The position numbers and the translations under genes are program-made. Shown here piece after piece: positions 37,078 to 48,499 of a stretch of DNA of 64,000 nt (positions within the stretch are counted from its first letter, which is position 1; each line of letters opens with the position of its first letter). The notes below the pieces were generated by a model. It saw only the letters and a program-made list of their open reading frames with translations, did not search any database and was not told the origin of the DNA. This stretch comes from Eutreptiella sp. 'Long Island Sound 2002' (taxonomy: Eukaryota > Protista > Euglenida), in assembly GCA_964036045.1 (NCBI GenBank), contig OZ038378.1, positions 185,070,001 through 185,134,000 on the forward strand, written 5' to 3'.

Positions 37078-37383
37078 GTCGCGGGGCGGACCCAGCCCGT
37101 TGGACTCGTGGCAGTGATGGGACCAAGGCCGGAGGCGGAGGTGAGTGACGAGTGGATGTACGAGCTGGAGCACAAGGCCCAGAGGGACGTGTACAGCCCC
37201 ATCGAGCAGGCGTTTGGGGCTCTACTGTCCAACAAAGGGGACGCCAGGGCCTATCTGCACCAACTGGAGCCCGGAGACCTTGCGCTGCCAGGGGCTGTGC
37301 GCGTGCAGCACATCATGGACCACCATGGAGGCAACGTGCAGGCATACTTCGCCGCGCAGAAGCTGCATGGGCCTGTGCTCTGA
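37078..37383 (+). CDS. Cyclase-like gene terminal exon
   Basis: Phase-0 acceptor ggacag at 37072-37077; VAGRTQPVGLVAV (cf. vkGk..pv) then DEWMYELE..; TGA at 37381-37383. Confidence 0.8.
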   Translation, partial: VAGRTQPVGLVAVMGPRPEAEVSDEWMYELEHKAQRDVYSPIEQAFGALLSNKGDARAYLHQLEPGDLALPGAVRVQHIMDHHGGNVQAYFAAQKLHGPVL

Positions 37384-37559
37384 GGGGTACCATGGAATTC
37401 CTTTGAAGGCCACAAATTGGCCCCCAATGACACACGGGATTCTGAAAGGAAGGAGCATTCTACACTATGGAAAACCCCGTGAGCTACCCGCTGCTGTGGT
37501 GGGGCTGGGCGGTCCCATCGGTTTTGAACACAACCCTTCTCAGGACCCCCTCCGCATGT

Positions 37560-37630
37560 CATAGGCCGGGAATCGAACGCGCGGCAGATGCTTACGATTT
37601 CATGCCCGTAACCAATGAACTACGAGAGTA
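37560..37630 (-). mobile_element. tRNA-derived SINE-like head
   Basis: Minus strand A-box-like TAGTTCATTGGTTA (plus 37609-37622) and B-box GTTCGATTCCC (plus 37568-37578) at tRNA-like spacing; acceptor stem does not pair. Confidence 0.5.
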
Positions 37631-40609
37631 CCCCCATACATGGTGCATTGTCTTTTGGGTGCATTTGCCGGGTTTACCAGCCTGTTCTCCTACAGGGGCA
37701 TGTCGCTACCGAGGTTCTGTGGATACGGCCTGCGCACTGACTGCGTGCGACATGGCTTTTGGCACACTGACTCGGGGCGGATGCCACACCGTGCGGTTGA
37801 AGGGATCGCCACAGGAGGCGCTGAGGTGGTTCTCGGAGCCCTACCGTACGTCCATCAGGGGGTCAGGGAACAGCGACGCATTTATTTGGGTGGGTTTGGG
37901 GGGCCGTGGCTCTGCTGAGAGGCCTGAGATGACTAAATGACTATTAGTCCCCATTATTACTGCCAACCGTTTCACAGGTATGAAATGCACGTCATACGTG
38001 GTGCTGCTGAATGGGCTGTTTGATTCCAGCCCTGCCAGCGATGAGGCCGAAGGTTGTTGAATTTTGGCGAAATGTGTCATCGAACCTCAGCAACAGTTCT
38101 TTCTCCATACTGTTGCCACTGTTGGCTCCATACTCAAGCCCTTTGCAGTGCCTTGTCTCTCGGGAGTGGTAATGCATGCAGACAAAGGGAGAAAGCGACG
38201 CTGCCCTTGGTGTAGGTTGTGATCATCCCCCCCCCCAAGGAGATGTGTCTCAGTCCGAGCCCCCTCCCGTGACACTGCACTTTTGCACTGTGGATGATTG
38301 ATTTGCTCTTTCTGTCCTTGGACAATCGAACTGTTGCAGTGTGTAAAGATTAAAGTGCTCGCTTAATATCACATGTGGCACCTCATGAAACCCATTTGAG
38401 CACCAGATCCTCTGTAATTTCGAAACCGCCTTTGTGAACGAGGGACACCCGTTTCCGAGGCTAGTTGTCAAAACCCAAGTAACAATGCAAAAGAAAATTG
38501 CAACTCGAAGAAATCAACCGCATAAACACTTTGGCATAGAAATCGCAAGCGTTCAATTCTTGGTGACTGTGGGTCTGCACCCCTGCACCCAGCCTTCCTC
38601 AAGCCCTACCCCCCTCGAAGCTCAACCCTTGTAGGCTGTGTGCAATTTCACCTGCAGCAGCTGGTATCACTTGGATCATGTGTTACCTGAGGTTGCTTGT
38701 CTATGGTCTGTGGTCTGTTCGGCTGCTTTGCTGTACGCCACTGCACTAGCTTTGTGGAATGGGTGTACCTCAAGATAAATCACAGTCCTGTGGGCGCTGG
38801 AGGCGCTAGTTCCCAAATGCACTGGGGCCTCCCTTGCATTCAGTGCAGCTCTTGCAGTCTGATGCAAGGGGCATCCTGAGCCCTGATTTAAATGGGCCTA
38901 AGCTCTGTAAAAACGCTTTCCTTGCTTTGTATGGTGTGTACTTCTGTGCAATACCTTGAGTGAAATACCGTTGTGACAAGTGAAGTCAAATGAGCAGACT
39001 GCACATGTATCAGACACGTTGCATACACATTGCATATGTAATGCATTTTGCTGATATGATGTTTGGAATGCCTGTTCCCACGTTTTCCCGTTTTTTGAAT
39101 GCATACCACATTTCACTCGCCATCACTAGTTCAACTGCTTGCAGTCTATTACTTTGGCTGACCTGGTCAGCGGCCAGTCAGTGGGTATTTCTGTGCACTG
39201 TGTGTCTGGGTGTGCTTTGATTTCCGTAGGATTTGCCATGATTTTGAGTCATGAGCTGCAAACTTTGAAAAGTGGAATTCGCTTACATGCAATTTCCCCT
39301 TTTGTGCTGGCATCCTTGCTCCCCTGGCTCCTTCTCCTTCACGCCCCTCCCTCCCTCCCTCCCACATCCACACACCCTCCCTCCCTCCCTCTTTCCCTTC
39401 CTCCCTTTCCAGCTCCCTTCTTTCCTCCCTCTTGACTCTGAAGTCCTAAAACTGAGGTCTCCTTTGCCTTGTCCAAACCACAATCTGCCTAGTGTAACCC
39501 TCCTGGGCATTGGTACCCAACTCCATTATGGACCAAGGTTCCAACATCTCCCGCACCCCACTTCTAGAGGGATTGTCGCTGGTGGTGCTCCGGTACCTGT
39601 CACGCTTTTGGATTACGAGAAACGTTTGGCTGCCTAGGGTTGTTCCTTCTTGTCACCCTTCCAAGCCAATGTTTGGAGGGTGCCAATGACTGTGTACGCC
39701 AGGGACCCCCCCCCCCCCCCCGGCCTCACCAACCACCTCTAACCACAAACGGCCTCATCAGCCACTTTGTGCAAGGGTGATTACGTTGGCGCCAAACACA
39801 GCTCACAATGGGGCATTTGTCGCCCCTCTTTTCTTGGCCCCCCTACCCCTACATGCCCTTTGTGCCGACTTCATTGCCCCTCGTAGAGGTAGCCCATTAC
39901 ACCCATGTCACTCCACAAGACCGTGTGCTATTGCACGTCACACACCGCCCCATTGAACAATGCCCCTTGTGACCCTTGTTCTAAGCCGCCCCTCAGCCTC
40001 TTGGGCCCACTCCTTAGGTCCTCTCAATTTGCCTGCTCTTGGCACCATTTCTATCATTCCGCATCTTCTCACACACACATGCGGCACCATTATGTCGTCC
40101 CTAGGGTGACCAACAGCCCCTCTACCTAGGGTTGTCTAGGTTGTGGGCAATGTTGGTGTTGCATTATGTCCTGCCAACTTTGCTGCTTTGGGCACAAGCC
40201 CAATGCAAGCCCTCTTGGGCGCAAGCCAAACACAAGGCCTCGGTTGCGTACACACACCTCCCTCTCAGTTTAAGGCAACTTTTGGTCTTTTGGGTGCCAA
40301 GCACCACACTTCTTTTCTTGATTGTTTGCCCTCATGCCATATGTGCACTTCTAATGCCCTCTACAACCACCCAATATGCCATTTGAAGTCTTTGTGCTTT
40401 GCCTCATCTAGCAAGCCCCATTTTAGTCTCGTCTAGGTGCAATATGCTTCCCAATCTTGCACTATTCTCACATTCACCATTCCCACACAACATGCAAGTC
40501 TCAACATACCCAGGCCTTAGCAATTGGACCAACACACTTAGCTCCTTCATGGACCGTTCATTGATCTCATTTGGTTGTCCTTAGGCAACGCTAATTGTGC
40601 GAGGCTCAG

Positions 40610-40765
40610 AAAATGATGGTGTTCGCAAAGGTGATCAAAGAAGCAATGAAAGCTGTGGCCGATGCTGAGGTTGAGGCGCTTGACACCCGTGATGATTTGT
40701 GGTGGCAGGCGGCTGAAGAGGGCAACCCCACGTACCCCCTGGCGCTCTTGTCAAAGCTACGTTGA
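40610..40765 (+). CDS. Short coding-like segment, possibly a terminal exon or relic; product unknown
   Basis: ctcag acceptor then KMMVFAKVIKEAMKAVADAEVEALDTRDDLWWQAAEEGNPTYPLALLSKLR*, with protein-like composition. Confidence 0.3.
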   Translation, partial: KMMVFAKVIKEAMKAVADAEVEALDTRDDLWWQAAEEGNPTYPLALLSKLR

Positions 40766-41094
40766 TAATGGAAGTATTGTGTCAATACCGGAGTGAATCT
40801 ACAGTGTGACAACCATCATCAATTGATGCCCGACCACGGGGGGCGGCCGTTTCGAATCCAACATCCCCCCCCCCCCCCCAGACCCCCCAAAGTTTTCGAA
40901 CACGTCTTTCTCCAAATTGAGATTTTAGGGGGAACTTGTGGCGCCACAGGCGCCAAAGAATTTTTTACTGGCGCATAGTATGGAGTACAGTTGTTCATCC
41001 CCCCTATGTGGGTATGCTCAAAATGCTCAGCTCACATTGGGAATTTCAAGAGTAGTGCATAGTGTGCTAAGTTGGAATCACTTTGATCTATCCC

Positions 41095-43330
41095 CACTAT
41101 GGGGACCCCCGAGAAGGCAGGGGTGATGTAGCCATACTGATCTCTCCCCACTTGTCGCCGGGCCGCGATACTGTCGAACCCAACATCCCTTTTACCGAAG
41201 ATCCACCCGCCTTGTAGCTAATGCTATAGAATGCAATGTGAACTACTTCGCTGCGGTGTTCCATCAAACCGTCCATGCTTTGAGTGCCATGGATGTTATC
41301 CATTTGGGTAGGGGTAGTGCGTGAGTCAAGCTACTTGGACTGTATACCCAACTGTTCAGAGGTGCTTGACCCCCCCCCCCCCCTTCAAACCACTCGGAAC
41401 CCCCCCACTCCCTCCCCCAGGGCGCCCTCCTAGATCCCCATACCAACACCCCCCTCCACAGTAGCCCATTTGATTGCCGCCCGTTTGGGGGCCCTTTGAC
41501 CCTAGGATCTATGCAGCCCGTTTGACTTAACCTCGTTTGAGGTCGCCGAGACGGGAGGCTATGCCGCCCATTTGATTCCCGTCCTTTGGGAGGGCGGACA
41601 CTGCATGAATTGCCCATTTGAGTCCTCCCCATTTACGTACCCTAAGACTGCAAGGGTTATGTAGCCATGTGATTCCATCTCACTGTGGGCCCCCCCGTGT
41701 TGCGATGGCTATATTAGCCATTTGATTTGGAATTTTTCGCTGGGCTTGAGACGGCACTTCTTATTTAGCCGCTTTGCTTCCGTCACATTTGGGGACCCGG
41801 AGACTACAACAGACATGCAACGCACACAAGTTTTTCTCTTGACACCTTGGGGGGCGAAACAGGCCACATCCGACCGCCGGGGGAATAGGGAGGCACGAGC
41901 AAGAAAGCTGCTCACAAGCACATTCAACACTGAACATAGTAGCCACGGAGGTGGCACATCGCAAAGAAGTCGATTAATGTCCGTTGACCTCCGTGTCTCC
42001 TACCATGCACACCGCACCATTCAAGCTTGAACCTCTTTCCTTGTCTTGATGTAGCCGGGATGGTAGCCGGCGATGCTTTGGTGTACAAAATGTGAATTTC
42101 GATGTAGTTGTCTTACTAGACTGGCCATCGGGGATACCAGCCAGGCCTTTTTCTTTGTAAGCAGACCACACGAGGTGTTCAGGGGGTTGGGGAAATCCTA
42201 AGTGAGGATAGCTTGGCCGCAACCTATGCGCTAGAAAGAAAGTATTGCCTTCGTGTTCTCAGGCCTCCACAAGGGCTAGCAAGGGTGGTGCCTATGCATA
42301 GCAACTATCCACACCGAGGAACTTGGTGCAACACAATGCAATGTGCTTCACAGGAGAGGATATGCATTGCTAGCACGAATCCCTTGCTACAACGATTGTT
42401 GCTTGCACGGTTTTTGTGACGTCGTCATTTCCATTTGCGGGTATGCCACCCCGTAGACGTCGCAGCAGCTCCAAGGTTGCCTTGTTATGCACTCCGTACT
42501 TCCATAGCTCGCAGCCATCCCTCCCTAGCTCCTTTCCCGCATACATCATCCTCTGGTCCCGGCATCTCACCCGTCTTGCCGAACACTTGCTGCTTAATGT
42601 TGCCGACCTTGTCTCACAGGCGGTACAAGGAGGCCATGACTGTGCGCCCAGGCGTTTTGACGTGTCGCACCTCGGAGCTAGCCCCGCTGCAGTAGGGTGT
42701 GTGTGTGGGGGTCACCGCCCCCTTCTTCCGCCCCCTCGCTTGTCGCATTCTCAGGCACCAGGGCCCCCTCGGACATGGTGGCAAGAGCTGCCCTGGTCGT
42801 GACGAGGGCATGCCCTAGTCCCCGTCCCGTCAATTTGAGGCCCGAGCAAAATAGAGGGACATGCTTTCGAAACAGGTGGTGTCGTGTGTGGATGCCAACG
42901 ACTGTGATGCGGCAGCAGCTTGCATGCACACAAAGCCAATTGGACGGGGCCTTTCGCAGGCTGGTGTGGACAGGGCCACGGACAGGGCGGCGCCAGAAAA
43001 TCTGGGGCCGCACATGTGATTGCTTCCGATTCGGGCACCGCCACACGGCAAGGGTTATGGACGCCATTTGATTCCTTCCAACTGGCACCTGTGACAGAAT
43101 AGTAGTTATGTAGCCCATAAGCATCCTCCCTATTTAAGACCCCCTAGACGACATGGGATATGTAGCCCACTCCATTGCTGCCCATCCCAGGACCCCGAGA
43201 CAGCACGGGGTATGAAGTCCATTTGCTTCCTCATGTTTTGGGGACCCTCACGCAACATGGATTACGGACCCCTGGTAGGCATGACGTTGCGTAGCCCATT
43301 TTATGCTTCTCCATTTTGGGACCCTGAGAG
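41095..43330. repeat. Two degenerate ~50-bp-unit arrays (41095-41730 and 43040-43330), same orientation
   Basis: Recurring tatgtagcccatttgattcc / ggacccc motifs at ~41127, 41460, 41507, 41560, 41659, 41710, 43054, 43105, 43157, 43208, 43290. Confidence 0.6.
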
Positions 43331-45575
43331 GAATAAGACATAGAACATCCCACATACTTGTGATTTTGTGGCCAGAAATGAACCCCCACTCATTGGCCTT
43401 GTCCAGCAACTTGTTTCTCACCATCCTCTTGCTGCAATGCCGGAAAATGAGTGCAGAATGTGCCGCCGCAAGGCTCGTGCTCAAAGTCCAGGTCTTTGGC
43501 GCCCTCTGATCCAAGGGGCATGCGCCGTAGTTTGGGGCTACGGCTGCAAAATTTTGTACTCATCCCTTGATCCGTGTGCCCCACCATCTTTATCCCTCAT
43601 GACCGCATGTTTGACCACACGGACAAGATTTGCTAAGAATTCGTTGCAATTGCAAAAGGATTAGAAGACAACAAAGATAGCATCTACGAGGCTGTCAATG
43701 TTACCCACATCAACTCACCTGTGAAGTATGGAGGACTAGGCCTTGGGCAAATATATTGGACATGCAAAACCAGCCATTGCTCCAAGGGTTGCCGCGGAAA
43801 CCCATTGGCAGACTATCCACGTTGGTGGCTCAACCCGTTGCGTTTATGATGGCACCATTGCGGGACTACGTCATGGTGTTGTCCTCGTTGGGAGGAAGTA
43901 CTACACTCGCTTTGGCACCACGTAGGAGGCCGCCCACCTCGTCCAACCTCATAGATGAGCGGTCATTGGGCGGAAAAGAATGGATGAGGCAACAAGAGGT
44001 AGCAGTAGGCATCCCCGAAATCGCAGAGGGTACATTACACTGTGGAGTCCAAAGGAGGGCCCTATAGAATGAGAGCTCCCCACGGGAGTCACACTAGTGA
44101 GTGTAGCAGGAATGCCATGTTGCACCAATTGTTAACAAGCAGAAGGCGACATATGTTATGGAGATGGTCGCAAGCTAATGTCATCAGTAGGCAGGCCCGT
44201 ATTCCGGAACACGGCTTTCAGAATATTACGGAATCTACCGGAAATATTACGGAACGTTCCGGAATTTTGTACACACATTTTAGGATATTGTGACCGGTCA
44301 AGGAAGGTGCTTGCAGTCTGATCCAAACAAATTGCACCATATTTTCATCGTTCCGGTCAATGGATCAGATTGCAAACAATAATCATGTGGTCACAACAAG
44401 TAATTGGCAATAATGGGTATCATCATGTTGTGACACATCAACATACACTTAGGCCACAGTGCTGTGTTGTGGTGTGCTGTGCAAGGCAGTGCGGGATGGG
44501 GAATTTTTTCACCATTGGTTCCGCAGAGATTCACCGGCAATTCAATTCCTATAAAGAATTTTCCATATTGTTAACCACTCCCTGACATGTTAGTGTCCAA
44601 ATGGCTCGAAGCTGAGGCACAGGGGCAAGACGGCGGGGGTGGCCATAGCGGGGAGGCATTTGATCACATATCCTCGGAAGGGTCCTTGAAGACATAAAGG
44701 ACACTCAAAGTCAGCAGAGGAAGGTGGGTCTTCAAAAACTAGGTGGCACACGTCATTGTAGGGCTGCTCGTGGCCATTTACTTATGCCCTCCCCCAACAA
44801 AGAGACATAGAGGCCGCCAGCTGCAGGAGAGGAGCTTACAGGTTTTTGTTTTTAACTCTCACTTTTCGCTCTTTCCACCCCTTGAGCGTCCTCCCGCCCC
44901 CCCCTTGTAGAGCAAGAAGGGAACCCCGCTTGCCCAGGCACCAGATAACAAAGAAAGTATGGCCAAAAAAAATCCAAAGTGGCGCTGTCAGTGGCCCCGT
45001 GTGTTTAACTGACCGTTATTTTTTTCTTTTTAGTGGGACTGGTTGTTTAACGGAGCAAGGGGTTTTGTTTGGGTTTTTGGGTTGGACCCTTCTGCCAAGA
45101 CCCCTCCATGCTGGGGCACGGTGGCATCTATGTGGTTGTTGTTAACTCTTGGTGGCCAACGGCATGTCGAGTGGCGTGTTGCGATGTATTGCCTGCCTAT
45201 ATCCTAACAAGTGCAAAATCAAAGCTTTCGCCCACACCCTGTGCTTTCAACTCTGCTTTCAGTTACCTACAAGAGGAACTAGCATTGCGTGGCGACATAT
45301 CTTGATTGTTGACCAAAAGCCCCGCTCAAAAGCGGCGTCTTAGCCAAGATGAAGAAAAACGGGTTGGCTTCTTACCATGGCTTTGTCCCAGGTGAAGAAG
45401 AGGGTTCTGGTTGCGGCACTGCAGGTAGCGTATTATGTGGCACAAGGGAGGCCAAAGAAATTGCAATTGTGACATTGCTGGCACAAGAACACAAAGAAGA
45501 TATTTGTGCAAGAAAACAAACACATTACTTTTCTGTTCATTATTTTCTGCAAGACGCATGAGTCAACCCCCCCCC

Positions 45576-45720
45576 CCCCCCCGTTTGTATAAGCTACGCC
45601 AAAATACCAAATTAATTCAGTCTCTGCGCTTTCTGTAGCAGGGGCCTAGCTTACGCTGAACACCTACAACTACCGACACACACGTGAGTCAACGCATGGT
45701 ACTTATCACTTGTGTACACA
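45576..45720 (-). mobile_element. Copy of hairpin + G-run terminal repeat family
   Basis: Reverse complement matches 10830-10975 over ~140 bp (tgtgtgtcggtagttgta..attaatttggta..gtagct..gggggg). Confidence 0.7.
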
Positions 45721-47937
45721 ACTTCATTTACCTTAGAAATCACACGTCCTATTCAAGCACGGCTTTCTCACCAAACGCACAACACACCGCCAAGCAATTG
45801 CCGCTGCATACACTCCCCGAGAAGTGCAACACCATCTCAATCAAAGTTGGGAAAACGTAGTTTGTAGTTCAAAATACATCTTTTCCACCTTCTCAAATAA
45901 AACCAAAGAGCCAAATAATACTGTACCACTCTTCCTTTTTTTTTTTTTTTTTTGGAATTCTTTTTTCGGCAAGATATGACGCCTAGAAAAATAGATAGCC
46001 AGAAGAAAAATTAAAACGAGTCGAGTTACACGCAGGGCCAATTGCATGCACTCAACATTGAAATTTCCTACTGAGGAGTGTCCATGACGGGCCCATATGT
46101 GTCTGCTACCCCCTAATAAGAGGGCAGGCTGCAACATGCCGTGCGCTTGGCAGAGGAAGGAAGCGCACCCCTTGGTTAACTCTTATTACAATGCCTCATT
46201 TGTAGTTTTGGACCTCTCAAAGGATCCAATTTTGGATTGGTTTTTGTAGACACAAGAGAGACATGCTTCGTTCGAATTTTTCATTTGCGATGATTACATG
46301 TATGTACAATTTGGCGTAAAAGTGTTGCTCAATATTGCTGTAGACCCACTGCATCACAACACCCACATGCAACACAATTTTTTGGGGAAAAAGAATGCAT
46401 TGCAAGCAATCTATCCTTCATGCCATTAAAAAAGCAAATTGCGCAAGCGGTGATTTCTGTGACTGGAAGTTCCGATATCTGACTTTGGTCACATCTCAAG
46501 CAACAACAATTAGCACTTCTACATCTCCTCAGCCGCAACAAACGCAAGCATCACATCCCTGATTGGATCCCCCTCTTCCAATTCTTCCATCGTAGCGATG
46601 CAGATCCTTACCGGACCGATTTCTGTTCCCCGATGTCCTCGTACGTTATTATTGTATGCTAGAAATGTGCAACAAGACACTGTACCGAAACTCCATTCGG
46701 TGATGTTCCCCTTTCAAGTGGACACACAGAATGAAGGAAAGGAAGAAAGGTCTGCAGCTCATATTGCGGGAAGCGGGGTGCAGAAATCCCTTGAACTCCC
46801 GGATGATGCGCGGGAGTTGTCGGGGGCTGCTACCCGTCGTTGGCGTTGTTTTTGTTAGCGGACGTTGCGGCGTTGTCGTTTTCCTCGCTGCTGCTCCTGC
46901 GCTCCCAAGCTCTCTTCTCCTCATCCTAGGCCGCGTACCGTGCATTGGAGTCACTTGATGGATACTTGGACTGTGGTGCATCCGGCTTGGTGTGTGTGGT
47001 CTCCTGGGAGTTCTGGAGCTGCTAGATCCTTTGCGGCTTCGTCTAGGCTCATGCCCACTCCGGCGGGATGCGCCGTTGTAGAGTAGGCCCCCCACAAAGA
47101 TCTCCATGCACGATGGTGGAGACCATGAAACGGAGAAGCTAGTGGGGGCTATAGCCTCGCCGAGGTTTCGCAATCTTGCAGCGCTGTGCAACCATTTTGA
47201 AGCGTATCTAGGGAGGCGCGGAGGTCAGAACAAGTTTGGGTTCTACTCCCATCAGAGTTTTTGAACCTACTAATCCCTTAGGGAGGATGATGCGGCTAGG
47301 TTGTGTTTTCAGCTTGAATGGCTCTTTATTACTGTTTTTGTTGTTTTAAGGTGACAAGCTGTCCCTTCACCGTGTCAAACATCTTGAGCTGGACACGTTG
47401 TGTCGTGCAGTGTCGCTTTTGCTCGTGGTGGCGGTGATGAGTGTCTTACTTGATTACAGAAGAGCGCTTATGATTTCGGTACAAAATGCGCAAGTTGACG
47501 TACAATGCAAATATTTACCCTTGCGCATACCGGCTTGGCGCCGTAGCATTCACATACCGTGGAACTGAATACTCCAACCATTAACACTGTTAAATCTTCA
47601 AAGGATCGAAAAATACAATCTTCGAAATCGCCACAAGATCAGGCGACGATGACATCGATCGCACGAGCAAACAGGCCTAAAATAAGAATTTTTACGGTTG
47701 AAACATTAAATTTCGAAGTGTCTGGGTGTGTTGGGGTAGGTGTGTTTTGGGGCGGGCCGGAGCTGAGAGGTGAGTGGTGAGTAGGTGTAGGCTGGGGGGC
47801 TTGGGAGAGGTTGGTCATTTTTTTGCAAGCTGATTTGGGGCGGGGGGGGCGGGGGGGGGGTGTTGTTGTTTTTTGAAGTGAGGAGTGAAGTGAATGATGC
47901 GCATTATTGAACGGTGGTACGGGCGCAAAATCATTGG

Positions 47938-48186
47938 TGTTGTGTGTGTTCTCGAGGTAAATAATTCACGACAAGTTAGACACGCTCCTTTCCTGTGCGA
48001 TCTTGGCCTCGGAGCTCGCTAGAACACGAATTCGTCACCCTAGCGGAGGGGTAGAGGCCCCCAACCGCGTCACTCATCTCCTACTTCCTGTCTTCGCGCA
48101 TTTGTTGTCCGTTGCACTTGCATCCCCACTTGTCTTGGTACCTTTTACACCAACAATACTCTTGTGTAGTTGGGTTGGTGGTGACA
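47938..48186 (-). mobile_element. Putative 3' LTR of a Ty3/gypsy retrotransposon
   Basis: On the minus strand begins TGTCAC a few bases after a GGAGGGGGGG polypurine tract (plus ~48193-48203) and ends ..CAACA; lies downstream of pol remnants. Confidence 0.55.
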
Positions 48187-48267
48187 TCAGGAACCCCCCC
48201 CTCCACGGCCGAAGATTTGCATCATCACATGTTGCCCATTTGGTTCATTTGTGATTTTTAGAGACTT

Positions 48268-48446
48268 TGTTTCTTTCTTTCTTTTTCTTTTTTTTTGTTT
48301 TCTTTTGTTTTCTTTTTCTTTCTTTTGCTTTTCTTTTCTTTTCTTTTTCTTTTCTTCTCTTTTCTTTCCTTTTCTTCTCTTTGCTTTTCTTTTCTTTTCT
48401 TTTCTTTCTTTCTTTTCTTTTCCTATCTTTTTCTTTTTTCTCTTCA
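48268..48446. repeat. ~180-bp almost pure pyrimidine tract ((T)nC)
   Basis: tttctttcttttt.. run with very few purines. Confidence 0.9.
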
Positions 48447-48499
48447 AAAAATCACTTCTTAGCTTCAGCCAACCGTCTCGGTTTGAGCTTACTGGGGGG

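Noticed and set aside
37600-37940. Possible plus-strand exon after the cyclase gene
   Set aside because: Overlaps the SINE-like head; frame and product could not be determined.
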